The position numbers and the translations under genes were made by a program. The notes below the pieces were generated by a model. That model was not told the origin of the DNA. It saw only the letters and a program-made list of their open reading frames with translations, and made no database searches. DNA of 60,726 bases from Kiritimatiellales bacterium (GTDB lineage Bacteria > Verrucomicrobiota > Kiritimatiellia > Kiritimatiellales > Pontiellaceae), in NCBI GenBank assembly GCA_021734595.1, contig JAIPIO010000001.1, positions 1 through 60,726 on the forward strand, in the 5' to 3' direction. Of this stretch, positions 1 through 8,878 are shown piece by piece (position 1 is the first letter of the stretch; each line of letters opens with the position of its first letter).

Positions 1-126
1 GCGATTGCGGATGCGCTTGAAGTGAAAAAGGCCGAGGTGTTCGAGTGGACGATTGAAAACAAGAACACCCTGGTGCTTTCCAGAAAGAAAACAACCAGCC
101 CTCGCAAGCTGAAATCCTTAGGTTGA
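1..126 (+). CDS. C-terminal end of a small AbrB/SpoVT-type (MazE-like antitoxin) DNA-binding protein; 5' end outside window
   Basis: Frame is open from base 1 to TGA 124-126: AIADALEVKKAEVFEWTIENKNTLVLSRKKTTSPRKLKSLG. The pattern resembles the strand pair of AbrB-fold antitoxins. Recognised by eye only. Confidence 0.3.
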   Translation, partial: AIADALEVKKAEVFEWTIENKNTLVLSRKKTTSPRKLKSLG

Positions 127-173
127 CGCGCATGCGCATGTGCGGGGCGCCACTTGGCTCCCAACGTGCCGTT

Positions 174-460
174 TCATAAAGGTTCGTAGCGCTCCACTTC
201 CGCCGCACCCATCTCTTGCGGATGTTTTTTGTAGTCGTAGAATTTTAGATACCGTTTGATCCACCCGCCCTTGGAGCGAAGCGGAAAGATAATTTGTGAA
301 GCCCGAAGCGCAGCGCAGATAATTTTCTAAAAGAAAATACCGACCAAAGGGAGAGGTTCAATAAGACCGAAGGGAATGGTTCATTCGTTTTCTCCGTTCG
401 GATCGAATAATGCCGCCGGCGCATCACATCTCGTGCTTCATCAAGTATTTTACTTGCCAT
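174..460 (-). pseudogene. Decayed tyrosine-recombinase gene (integron-integrase-like N-terminal SAM-like domain), split by an insertion of about 110 nt and truncated after about 60 codons
   Basis: ATG 458-460 gives MASKILDEARDVMRRRHYSIRTEKT (386-460). Homology resumes in another frame from 263 downwards: WIKRYLKFYDYKKHPQEMGAAEVERY, then EPL-stop (TGA at 174-176). Together these match the LDxxRxxxRxxHYSxRTExxYxxWIxRFIxFHxxxHPxxMGxxEVExF opening of IntI/Xer-type recombinases. No catalytic domain follows. Confidence 0.6.
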
Positions 461-520
461 AAATACCCTTACTGCTCAGCATGTGTTTTCAACAACGACA
501 TGAATATTGGATATTGTAAA

Positions 521-581
521 CAGGCAATTCTGCCCGATTACCCTTTCAATATTCACTTATCAGGCAGATTTGCCTGATAAG
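521..581. promoter_or_regulatory. Two operator-like inverted repeats (CAGGCA-N4-TGCC) upstream of the small exported-protein gene
   Basis: CAGGCAattcTGCCcg at 521-536. A perfect palindrome with 11-bp arms, CTTATCAGGCAgattTGCCTGATAAG, at 556-581, about 20 nt upstream of ATG 603. Confidence 0.35.
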
Positions 582-602
582 TAATAGTTGGGCTGAGATA
601 AG

Positions 603-870
603 ATGAAAAAAAACGATCATACTCCTGTTTTTCAGTGTCATGTGTGTTTCCTGCATATCCCACAAACCTGAAAAGGAATCACGAGATCCCGCGCGTCCTT
701 ACGCAGATATTGAAGCTAAAGGGCTCCCTCTGGAGTGGCGAGACCTCTCTGAAATAATAGAGTCCTTTGCAGAAGCAGGGTATGTCGACGTTGATATCAA
801 TGGCTTTAAGTGGACGTACCATTGCGTGGTTCCAGCACAAGACGAACAGGATGCCTTAGTTATGTCCTAA
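603..870 (+). CDS. Small exported (signal-peptide/lipoprotein-like) protein gene, out of frame at an A8 tract; the ORF track only sees 640..870
   Basis: ATG 603 followed by A8 (606-613). With A7 the reading would be MKKTIILLFFSVMCVSCISHKPEKE..., continuous with the 640..870 ORF. With the observed A8 the ATG-603 frame stops after 22 codons. AT-rich region. Confidence 0.4.
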
Positions 871-876
871 TCAGAG

Positions 877-1077
877 ATGTCCTCTGATTCAATCAAACGA
901 TGGTGCCATCGAAATCGAGGAAAGTATGCTGCAGTGACCTTTGGTGAAAAGGTTCGTTTCCCAACTATAAAAGAAGTGGGGGCTCTTCTCGATGAGTCTG
1001 GGATAAAATTCAGTGTTTTGCGTAAATATGAAGATGATCCTACGGGGGTCAGAATAGATATTGATAGACGAAACTAG
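877..1077 (+). CDS. Hypothetical small protein (66 aa)
   Basis: ORF starts 7 nt after the previous stop, on the same strand, in the AT-rich islet. No recognisable motif. Confidence 0.35.
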   Translation: MSSDSIKRWCHRNRGKYAAVTFGEKVRFPTIKEVGALLDESGIKFSVLRKYEDDPTGVRIDIDRRN

Positions 1078-1138
1078 CCCAACCACCGCTTTCACTCTAT
1101 CGCTGGCTCCGCCCGCTCAGAGTGACGCGTAACGTTCT

Positions 1139-1215
1139 TTCCAACCATTGGAAAAAGCGGTTGTCATATTTCCAGACGCTGGAAAATCATGAGAGCGATT
1201 CTCCAACCATTGGAA
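1139..1215. repeat. Three phased TTCCA-N5-TGGAA palindromes (function unknown; candidate protein-binding sites)
   Basis: TTCCAaccatTGGAA at 1139, TTCCAgacgcTGGAA at 1170, cTCCAaccatTGGAA at 1201. The spacing is exactly 31 bp. Confidence 0.85.
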
Positions 1216-1446
1216 GGCTGCTGCCAATCCTCCTTCGTAAAACTACGGCACGACATGTGGTTGGAAACCCGTGATTAGGTGGTATATTCAAGTCGTCATG
1301 AACTGGAGATTCAATATGCTGCCTAGTCCCTTGCATTCTATCTTGTCATCATTTGAACCACTCGCCCTTCTCGTTATTTTCTTTAAGAATATTATTTCCG
1401 CGGCGTTCCAAAACACCCCGTTTTTAATCCGTTCAGGAGGAATATT

Positions 1447-3759
1447 TTGACCACGAAATACACAAAAGCATTTCACCGGATTGTTATTGGTTTGTTTTCG
1501 TGTGGTTCGTGTATTTCGTGGTTCAGATCTCTACTGCGAAGCAGCGTTAGAACCGCCGTTTGTTCACTCTGCGTCGTTGCATTTGCGGCGACCTTCCAAC
1601 CCGCCGCCACAGCCACCGAAAAAATCATGCCGGCCGAATGGAAATTCCAGTCGTGGCAGGATGCCGAGGGGTGGCGGGACGGTAGCATATCCCGCTCCGG
1701 CGGCGAGAGCCTGGGCCTGCGGGGCATCAATGGCGGGTGGTCCACGACTGTTCCGACAAAACCAGGGGCGGTGCACACGGTCCGCTTTGTCTACCGCAGC
1801 GAAAAAGCAAAGGGACGGATTGTTCTTTATGTCCGTGATCCCTCGGCCGCGAGGAAAGTGGAAACGATTCTCTACAAACCCCTGCCAATCATCGACAGCA
1901 ACCAGACAGGACAGTTTGTGGATGGCGTATATACCGGCGGTGCCGACGCGGACGGATGGATTGCATTTGAGGGCGGCGCATTCATTCCAGAGGCCAGAAC
2001 CACATCCGTCAACCTGCTGATCAAGCTGCGCGGGGCAGACCACGACGCCAAGGTCTGGCTGGATGATGTTGTGGTAACGGTCGAGGAGCCCCGTCCTATC
2101 CCGGATACGGCCAAACTGCTTTTTTCCGATGCTTCCGGGAAAGTCTGGGCCGAAAACGAAAACCGAAAGGTGCTCCCCTCGCAAAAACCGCCAACTGGAG
2201 CCCCAGCGAAGGAGATCGGGATTTCGGCGGCAAAGGGGGAGTATGAATCGTTCCAGCTTGTGGTCACGCCCAACCGCGAATGGAAGGATGTCAAATGGAC
2301 ATGGAGCGGATTCACCGGGCCGGCGGAACTGGATGCCTCGGTATTGCGGTGCCGACGGGTGGAGCTGATCCCCATTGAAGAGACGTACGGCCCCTACGGC
2401 TACAAGGGCTTGAATCCGGACCCGCTGACAGACCCGCTTCCCTGCACGGTTCCGGCAGGCACCAACCAAGCGTTCTGGTTTACCCTTCAGGTACCGTCGG
2501 AGCAGCAGACCGGAATCTACCGGACTGAACTTGCCTTGGTTCCGGATGCCCAGACCGTTTTGAAAATACCCGTCCAGTTGCACGTCCGGAACTTTTCGGT
2601 TTCCATGGCCCCTTCCATTGCAGTTACCTCGCACTTCCGCGCCCCGCTTGCGCTAGCAAGGGAATCCGGACCGGAGGACGAGGTGCTGCAGCGGTATTAC
2701 CGGAACTGTTTCGACCACCGCTCCACCTGCTCCCCCGGAGTGCAGGTCGGGATTCGGCGGCGTGGCGATACCGTGACAGTGGATGCGGAGCGCTACATCG
2801 AACATCTGCGTTTTATGCGCGATGAATTGGGCTCCGATCACATCAATGTTCCCTCGCTGTGGATCGGCCATGCAGAAGGCCATCTCATGCCTGCCGATGC
2901 CCAATGGAAGGGACGAACCATATTTTCCAACCCGGAGCTCACCGTACTTAATCCGGAGTTCGAAAAACCGTTCCGCGATTATATGGGCCAGCTGTGTGAG
3001 AGGCTGAAAAACGAAAAACTGTTTGTGAATCCGACGGTAAGGTTTTTCGATGAACCGCGCTTTGAGGATCAGGCAACGGTCAACGGGCTGCGCACCCTTT
3101 CGAAACTGCTGCTGGATATTGACCCCGAACTGACGGTCAGTATTGCGGCCAGCTACCCCCACCCCGGCCTGATCGATGTGATCCGGCTGTGGATTCTCCA
3201 TACCGACGCATGGGACCGCAACCTCCACTGGATAGAGGCCGCCAGAAAAGCCGGATGCTATATTTCCGTCTACAACAACGGCATAAACTATCCCGAACAC
3301 CGCCCGATCCGCATCCGGCTCTGGCCGTGGCTGTTGTGGAAGTACGGCGTCGACGGCACCCACTCCTGGTGGGGCATGGTCTGTTGGCGGAACGAAATGG
3401 CCGATCCGTGGACTGCCGGAAGAGGCAGCTCCGGCGTGATGCTCTATCCCCCCCGGTCCGCCGATGAAAAGGGCCCCATTGATTCAATCCGCTGGGAACT
3501 GTTCCGGGAGGGTTTGGAGGATTATGAATACATGCGCCTTGCAAACGACCTGGCAGATAGACTAACCGCACAAAGCAAGTTGAAGTCGGTACAGATCGGC
3601 AGGGACGCCCTTGCCGAGGCCGTCGGCCTGGTTGAAAAATGGCCGAACGTGAAAGCGGCCAACGACGAGCCCTACACCCTTGATGCGGGCGCGGTGGCCC
3701 TGGCGCGGAACCGGTTGGCGGAGGCGATTGAAACCATGCAACAGGAACTGGATAATTAG
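1447..3759 (+). CDS. Exported glycoside-hydrolase-like protein with DUF4091/GH123-type C-terminal region
   Basis: TTG start 7 nt after GGAGG (1436-1440). N-terminal hydrophobic signal. The C-terminal WWGMVCW...GSSGVMLYPP...GPIDSIRWELFREGLEDYEYMRL matches the DUF4091 signature as I remember it. Confidence 0.75.
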   Translation: MTTKYTKAFHRIVIGLFSCGSCISWFRSLLRSSVRTAVCSLCVVAFAATFQPAATATEKIMPAEWKFQSWQDAEGWRDGSISRSGGESLGLRGINGGWSTTVPTKPGAVHTVRFVYRSEKAKGRIVLYVRDPSAARKVETILYKPLPIIDSNQTGQFVDGVYTGGADADGWIAFEGGAFIPEARTTSVNLLIKLRGADHDAKVWLDDVVVTVEEPRPIPDTAKLLFSDASGKVWAENENRKVLPSQKPPTGAPAKEIGISAAKGEYESFQLVVTPNREWKDVKWTWSGFTGPAELDASVLRCRRVELIPIEETYGPYGYKGLNPDPLTDPLPCTVPAGTNQAFWFTLQVPSEQQTGIYRTELALVPDAQTVLKIPVQLHVRNFSVSMAPSIAVTSHFRAPLALARESGPEDEVLQRYYRNCFDHRSTCSPGVQVGIRRRGDTVTVDAERYIEHLRFMRDELGSDHINVPSLWIGHAEGHLMPADAQWKGRTIFSNPELTVLNPEFEKPFRDYMGQLCERLKNEKLFVNPTVRFFDEPRFEDQATVNGLRTLSKLLLDIDPELTVSIAASYPHPGLIDVIRLWILHTDAWDRNLHWIEAARKAGCYISVYNNGINYPEHRPIRIRLWPWLLWKYGVDGTHSWWGMVCWRNEMADPWTAGRGSSGVMLYPPRSADEKGPIDSIRWELFREGLEDYEYMRLANDLADRLTAQSKLKSVQIGRDALAEAVGLVEKWPNVKAANDEPYTLDAGAVALARNRLAEAIETMQQELDN

Positions 3760-3762
3760 CCG

Positions 3763-4401
3763 ATGATACGATCATTTTTCATAGCCACATTCTATGACGC
3801 CTTCATGCGGGGCTGCGAGCGGCGGTGCCTCGGTGAATGGCGCCGGGAGCTGCTGGCGGAAGTCAGCGGCGATGTGCTGGAGATCGGCGGCGGGACGGGC
3901 GTCAATCTGCAGTATTACCCCAAAACGCTCCGCAGGCTTGTTCTGACGGAACCGGATCCGAACATGCGGCAGCAGCTACAGAAAAGCGGCATGACGGTTG
4001 CCGACTTCCGTGCCGAAAAGATCGACCTGCCCGACGAGTCCTTCGACTGCATCGTATCAACGCTGGTGCTGTGTTCCGTTGACAGCCAGGCCGCCGCACT
4101 TAACGAGGCCTTCCGTCTGATTCGTCCGGGCGGGTCGCTCTATTTTATTGAGCATGTGGTTGCGCCGAATAACGAGAAACTGGCCCGCTGGCAGAAACGG
4201 CTTGAACCCATTTGGCTATGGGTCAGCAGAAACTGCCATCTGTCTATGGACACCGCCCGGGCAATCAGAGAGGCGGGCTTTGAATTCATCCGGTTTGACG
4301 CAGTCTCCATGATCGGCGCACCGTCAATCGTCCGGTCGGTCATAAAGGGGGTGGCCCGCAAACCCAACTGCCGACAATCCCTGCTTGAGGGCAACAGCTA
4401 A
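3763..4401 (+). CDS. Class I SAM-dependent methyltransferase
   Basis: Motif [12 protein letters not shown] and post-[16 protein letters not shown]. Starts 4 nt after the upstream stop. Confidence 0.85.
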   Translation: MIRSFFIATFYDAFMRGCERRCLGEWRRELLAEVSGDVLEIGGGTGVNLQYYPKTLRRLVLTEPDPNMRQQLQKSGMTVADFRAEKIDLPDESFDCIVSTLVLCSVDSQAAALNEAFRLIRPGGSLYFIEHVVAPNNEKLARWQKRLEPIWLWVSRNCHLSMDTARAIREAGFEFIRFDAVSMIGAPSIVRSVIKGVARKPNCRQSLLEGNS

Positions 4402-4442
4402 ATACAGTACGTTTCAACCTCATTTTAAGGACGGATGGAATA

Positions 4443-7400
4443 ATGAACTGGATTTTAAAGAGAATTATCGGCTCCAAGAACGAGCGAGACCTGAAGAAAC
4501 TGCAGCCGCTCGTCACCCGGATCAATGCGCTGGACGAGGTATACAAGGCGCTGAGCGATGCACAGCTACAGGCGAAAACCGGCGAGTTCAAGCAACGGCT
4601 GGAAAACGGCGAAACGCTGGCTGATATCGAACTTGAGGCGTTTGCCGTGGTTAAGAACGCCTGTCGCCGCCTGTGCGGAACACAGGTGGAGGTGTGTGGG
4701 CATATGCTCGACTGGGACATGGTTCCGTTTGACGTGCAGCTCATCGGCGGAATTGTGATCCACCAGGGGAAGATTGCGGAAATGGCCACGGGGGAAGGCA
4801 AAACGCTGGTCGCCACCATGCCGGTCTACCTCAATGCACTGACCGGAAAGGGCGCGCATGTCATCACTACGTCGGACTACCACTCCCAGCGCGACTCGGA
4901 ATGGATGGGGCACGTCTATAAATGGCTCGGCCTGACGGTCGGTTGCCTGAGAAACCAGATGCCGCCGCCGGAACGCCGCGAAATGTATCGCCGCGATATC
5001 ACTTACGGAACCAACAGCGAATTCGGCTTTGACTATCTGCGGGACAATATGGCCTACCGCCCGGAGGATATGGTGCAACGCGGTCATAACTTCGGCATCG
5101 TTGACGAAATAGACTCGATCCTGATCGACGAGGCGCGCACGCCGCTAATCATTTCCGGCCCGGCCCCCTACTCCTCCACGCAGTACCGCGAGCTGCAGCC
5201 GGCAGCCAGCCGCCTCGTCAGGCGCCAGCGCGACCTCTGCAACCGGCTGCTTCAGGAGGCCAAGGAACTGCTGGAACAAGGCGAGGAAGATGAGGCCCAG
5301 CTCCGGCTCTACCAGGTGCATCAGGGTATGCCGAAAAACAAGCAGCTCATGCACATGATTGAAGATGTCAAGATCCGCAAGCTGCTCGAAAAAATCGAAC
5401 TGCAGATGCTGGGCGACACGCGCAAGGAACAGGCGCGCGAACTGCGGCAGGAGCTTTACTTTACCATCGACGAAAAAGGCCACGATGCCGGACTGACGGA
5501 AAAAGGCTGCGAAGAGCTGAACCCGAACGAGCCGGAGATGTATGTTCTGCCGGACATGGTCTCGGCCATGTCCGAACTGGACGGCGACACCACCCTTTCG
5601 CCGGAAGAGAACATGGAGAAACGGCGTAAAATCCAGGAGGAATATTCGCTGCGCAACGAGAGCATTCACGCGGTCGACCAGCTTATCCGCGCCTACTCTG
5701 TTTATGAAAAAGATATCGACTATGTGGTACAAAACAACCAAGTGGTCATTGTCGACGAACACACCGGGCGCCTGATGGTCGGGCGCCGCTGGAGCGACGG
5801 GCTCCACCAGGCAGTAGAGGCCAAGGAGGGCGTGACGATCGAGCGCGAAACCCAGACGCTGGCCACCATCACCATCCAGAACTATTTCCGCATGTATGAA
5901 AAACTGGCCGGCATGACCGGTACGGCCGAAACCGAAGCAGATGAATTCCATCAGATCTACAAGCTCGATGTGGTAGTGATTCCCACCAACCGCCCCGTGC
6001 GCCGTGTGGACCTGAACGACCAGATCTACAAAACCCAGCGCGAAAAATTCAAGGCGGTCATCGACGAAATCAAAAAGTCGCATATTCGCAAACAACCCGT
6101 ACTGGTGGGCACCGTAGCCGTCGAAACCTCGGAAGTGCTCAGCCGCATGCTGCGCCGCGAAAACATCCCGCACAACGTGCTCAACGCGAAAAACCACGCG
6201 CGGGAGGCCGAGATCGTCGCCAACGCGGGCCAGCCCGGCGCCGTAACGATCGCCACCAACATGGCCGGCCGCGGCACCGACATCAAACTCGGGCCGGGCG
6301 TGGTTTATATCGACCGGGAAAAAATCCTATCCCAGATGAGTCTCGCAGACAAGATCGATGGCACCCCGCTGCAAAAGCTTCTCACCGAAAAGCCGTGCGG
6401 CCTGTATGTGATCGCCTCCGAGCGCCATGAATCGCGCCGCATCGACCGTCAGTTGCGCGGGCGTTCCGCCCGCCAGGGCGACCCCGGCGTATCGCGTTTC
6501 TACGTCTCGCTCGAAGACAACCTCATGCGCCTCTTCGGCTCCGATCGCATCTCCAACATCATGGAGAAACTCGGAATCGAGGAAGGAGAGGTGCTGGAGC
6601 ATCCGTGGCTGAACAAATCGATCGAAACCGCCCAACGACGCGTCGAGCAGCAAAACTTCATGATGCGCAAGCGCACGCTTGAGTACGACGATGTCATGAA
6701 CCTACAGCGCGAACAGATTTACGGTTTCCGCTCCGAAGTACTGGTGAGCGAAAATCCGCGCGAGCTGCTGTATGATGTGGTGGCCGAGGTTATTGGTATC
6801 CGGGCGGAAGGCGCCGTCGAGGCCGACAACGATGTCGGATACAAGGATTTTGTGTCCTGGGTCAACACCTCCTTCCCGATCGGGCTGCGCTCGGCCGATC
6901 TGCCGGACGAAAAGACCGTCGACAGCCTGGCCGACCTGGTTTTTGAGCGCGTGAAGCAGGCCTACGAACTGAAGGCGCACCATGAAGACACCGAATTGCT
7001 CAAGAATCTTGAGCAACAGATTATCCTGCAGTCGGTCGATGAGCACTGGCAGGAATATCTGCGCAACATGGACAGCCTGCGCGAGGGCATCAGCCTGCGC
7101 GCCTACGGCCAGCGCGACCCGCTGGTTGAATACAAACGCGAGGCCTTTGACCTGTTTGTCGACCTGATGGACCGGATCTACGATGAAATCGCCACCGCCA
7201 TGTTCCGTTCCGCCACCTCCGTCGATGCGATGGAGGATTTTTTCCGGTCGCTTTCCGGCATGCAGGTGCATCATGAAGCCTCCGCCCTTGCGGCCGCGGC
7301 CGCCGGCGCCCCCGTAGGCGCACCGCCCCCCGGCATGGAGATCCCGCGCGCACCCGCTGCGCCGCAACCGATCCACCGCGACGCCCCGAAGGTTGGCCGG

Positions 7401-7463
7401 AACGATCCGTGCCCCTGCGGCAGCGGTCGCAAATACAAGAAATGCTGCGGCAGCAACGTGTAG
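4443..7463 (+). CDS. secA: Preprotein translocase ATPase SecA
   Basis: 1006 aa. N-terminus [20 protein letters not shown], Walker [14 protein letters not shown]-terminal zinc motif [19 protein letters not shown]. Confidence 0.98.
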   Translation: MNWILKRIIGSKNERDLKKLQPLVTRINALDEVYKALSDAQLQAKTGEFKQRLENGETLADIELEAFAVVKNACRRLCGTQVEVCGHMLDWDMVPFDVQLIGGIVIHQGKIAEMATGEGKTLVATMPVYLNALTGKGAHVITTSDYHSQRDSEWMGHVYKWLGLTVGCLRNQMPPPERREMYRRDITYGTNSEFGFDYLRDNMAYRPEDMVQRGHNFGIVDEIDSILIDEARTPLIISGPAPYSSTQYRELQPAASRLVRRQRDLCNRLLQEAKELLEQGEEDEAQLRLYQVHQGMPKNKQLMHMIEDVKIRKLLEKIELQMLGDTRKEQARELRQELYFTIDEKGHDAGLTEKGCEELNPNEPEMYVLPDMVSAMSELDGDTTLSPEENMEKRRKIQEEYSLRNESIHAVDQLIRAYSVYEKDIDYVVQNNQVVIVDEHTGRLMVGRRWSDGLHQAVEAKEGVTIERETQTLATITIQNYFRMYEKLAGMTGTAETEADEFHQIYKLDVVVIPTNRPVRRVDLNDQIYKTQREKFKAVIDEIKKSHIRKQPVLVGTVAVETSEVLSRMLRRENIPHNVLNAKNHAREAEIVANAGQPGAVTIATNMAGRGTDIKLGPGVVYIDREKILSQMSLADKIDGTPLQKLLTEKPCGLYVIASERHESRRIDRQLRGRSARQGDPGVSRFYVSLEDNLMRLFGSDRISNIMEKLGIEEGEVLEHPWLNKSIETAQRRVEQQNFMMRKRTLEYDDVMNLQREQIYGFRSEVLVSENPRELLYDVVAEVIGIRAEGAVEADNDVGYKDFVSWVNTSFPIGLRSADLPDEKTVDSLADLVFERVKQAYELKAHHEDTELLKNLEQQIILQSVDEHWQEYLRNMDSLREGISLRAYGQRDPLVEYKREAFDLFVDLMDRIYDEIATAMFRSATSVDAMEDFFRSLSGMQVHHEASALAAAAAGAPVGAPPPGMEIPRAPAAPQPIHRDAPKVGRNDPCPCGSGRKYKKCCGSNV

Positions 7464-7468
7464 TCCCG

Positions 7469-8788
7469 ATGAACTTTGTTGAACAGGTCGGCAACGCACT
7501 CAAAGCCGGCGGTCACCAACCCGGTACGGCCCTCGTCGCCGGGGTTTCCGGCGGCGCGGATTCGGTGGCGCTGCTGCGCTCTTTCCATGCACTGGGAATT
7601 CCCGTCACGGTTGCCCACCTCAACCACCAGCTGCGCGGCGCGGACTCCGACGCCGACGAGCAATTCGTCCGCGCGCTCGCCGATGAATTGAAATTTCCAA
7701 TGGTTGGAAGATCCTGCAATGTCAAAAAGCTGGCGGCGGATAACGGCTGGTCGCTGGAGATGGCGGCACGGCAGGCGCGGCACGGGGTTTTCGGGGCGGT
7801 TGCCGATGGCGGCATGGTTGCGCTGGCGCACAACGCGGACGACCAGGCGGAAACCTTCCTGCTCAAGCTCGCCCGCGGTGCGGGACCGGACGGCTTGAGC
7901 GGAATGCCGGCGTTCCAACCTCTGGACAACTTTTCGGTGATTCGTCCCATGCTTGGAATTTACCGGACGGAAATCATCCAATGGCTGGAAGCAACCGGCT
8001 TCGGCTGGCGCGAGGACGCCAGCAACCGGGACGATGCCTTCCTGCGCAACCGCGTCCGCCACGAAATTCTTCCAATGCTTGGAACCCGCCTCAACCCGGA
8101 TATCAAGAACACCATCCTGCGCACCATGGACGTTCTGCGGGCGGAGAACGAGTGGATGGATGGGATGCTGGACGGCTTTACGCTGGACACGGATCAACCC
8201 ATGGCTCTCCAGCGGAGATTATTACGGAAGTGGCTGTTCGAACAAGGCGCGGACAACGTCACTTTCGGCGCGATCGATAAAATCCTGTCCCTGATCGCTT
8301 CCGGCAACGGGACAACCACCTTTGAGTTGAACGACCGGCAACGCGTGGTGGTGGAATACGGCACGCCGCGCTTTGAACATGTGGAGCAGACTTTCCAGTC
8401 TGCTCGGGGCAGACAGGAATGTCTGCCCCACAATCCTGCATGGAAACTGCACTTTGAATTTGGAGCCGGATGGAAAAAGGATCATGGCCGCGGTGCGGGG
8501 ATTTTGCCGGCGGAAGCATCGTTCAACGCAGACAAAGTCGGCGACGCCCCCATCAAGGCCCGCTGTTTCCGTCCGGGCGACCGCATGAACCCGCTGGGCA
8601 TGGAGGGCAGCCGCAAGCTGCAGGATATTTTTACGGACCAGAAAATCCCGCGCGCGCAGCGGGTGGAAATTCCGGTGGTGGAGTGCCGGGGCGAAATCAT
8701 CTGGATTCCGGGCTACCGCACCGCGCGGAGCTGGGAAGTGCGCGGAACGGACGGTAAAGCAGTGCATGTACGCATTGAACACATTTGA
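7469..8788 (+). CDS. tilS: tRNA(Ile)-lysidine synthase TilS
   Basis: PP-loop VAGVSGGADSVALL and conserved RPML/LPML segments. ATG 7469 lies 6 nt after the secA stop; the longer track ORF from 7409 overlaps secA. The tilS-ftsH neighbourhood is widely conserved. Confidence 0.92.
   Translation: MNFVEQVGNALKAGGHQPGTALVAGVSGGADSVALLRSFHALGIPVTVAHLNHQLRGADSDADEQFVRALADELKFPMVGRSCNVKKLAADNGWSLEMAARQARHGVFGAVADGGMVALAHNADDQAETFLLKLARGAGPDGLSGMPAFQPLDNFSVIRPMLGIYRTEIIQWLEATGFGWREDASNRDDAFLRNRVRHEILPMLGTRLNPDIKNTILRTMDVLRAENEWMDGMLDGFTLDTDQPMALQRRLLRKWLFEQGADNVTFGAIDKILSLIASGNGTTTFELNDRQRVVVEYGTPRFEHVEQTFQSARGRQECLPHNPAWKLHFEFGAGWKKDHGRGAGILPAEASFNADKVGDAPIKARCFRPGDRMNPLGMEGSRKLQDIFTDQKIPRAQRVEIPVVECRGEIIWIPGYRTARSWEVRGTDGKAVHVRIEHI
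8406..8429. repeat. GC-rich perfect hairpin (REP-like) embedded in frame in tilS
   Basis: GGGGCAGACA ggaa TGTCTGCCCC: 10-bp perfect stem with a 4-nt loop, translated as RGRQECLPH. Confidence 0.8.
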
Positions 8789-8878
8789 AGGCGTGGACTC
8801 CAACTTTGTGTCCTTATCGTTGCATTTCCGCAAAAGCGGTGGTAATGATTACCGTGATTTTCAAGGAAAGTGAGCATT

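Noticed and set aside
1077-1137. Possible attC recombination site after the second small ORF (GCCCAAC ... imperfect palindrome TCACTCT/AGAGTGA ... GTTCTTT)
   Set aside because: The R'' box fits RYYYAAC, but the putative R' box GTTCTTT does not fit GTTRRRY and is not complementary to R''. There is only one candidate and no array. Not enough to call an integron cassette.
1139-1215. Reading the palindromes as Rho-independent terminators or sigma-54 promoters
   Set aside because: The stems are short and AT-rich. The A-run follows the hairpin (so the T-run precedes it on the other strand), which means no U-tract follows on either strand. The sequence also does not fit TGGCAC-N5-TTGC.
7695-8084. 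TTCCA-N5-TGGAA-like hits inside tilS (7695, 7923, 7954, 8070), hrpB (23189, 23208, 23984) and fadL (18040)
   Set aside because: Several are imperfect. Two of the four tilS hits encode conserved TilS peptide segments (RPMLG, LPMLG), so they may be protein-driven coincidences. They are not counted as regulatory sites, unlike the four perfect, phased copies in the permease.
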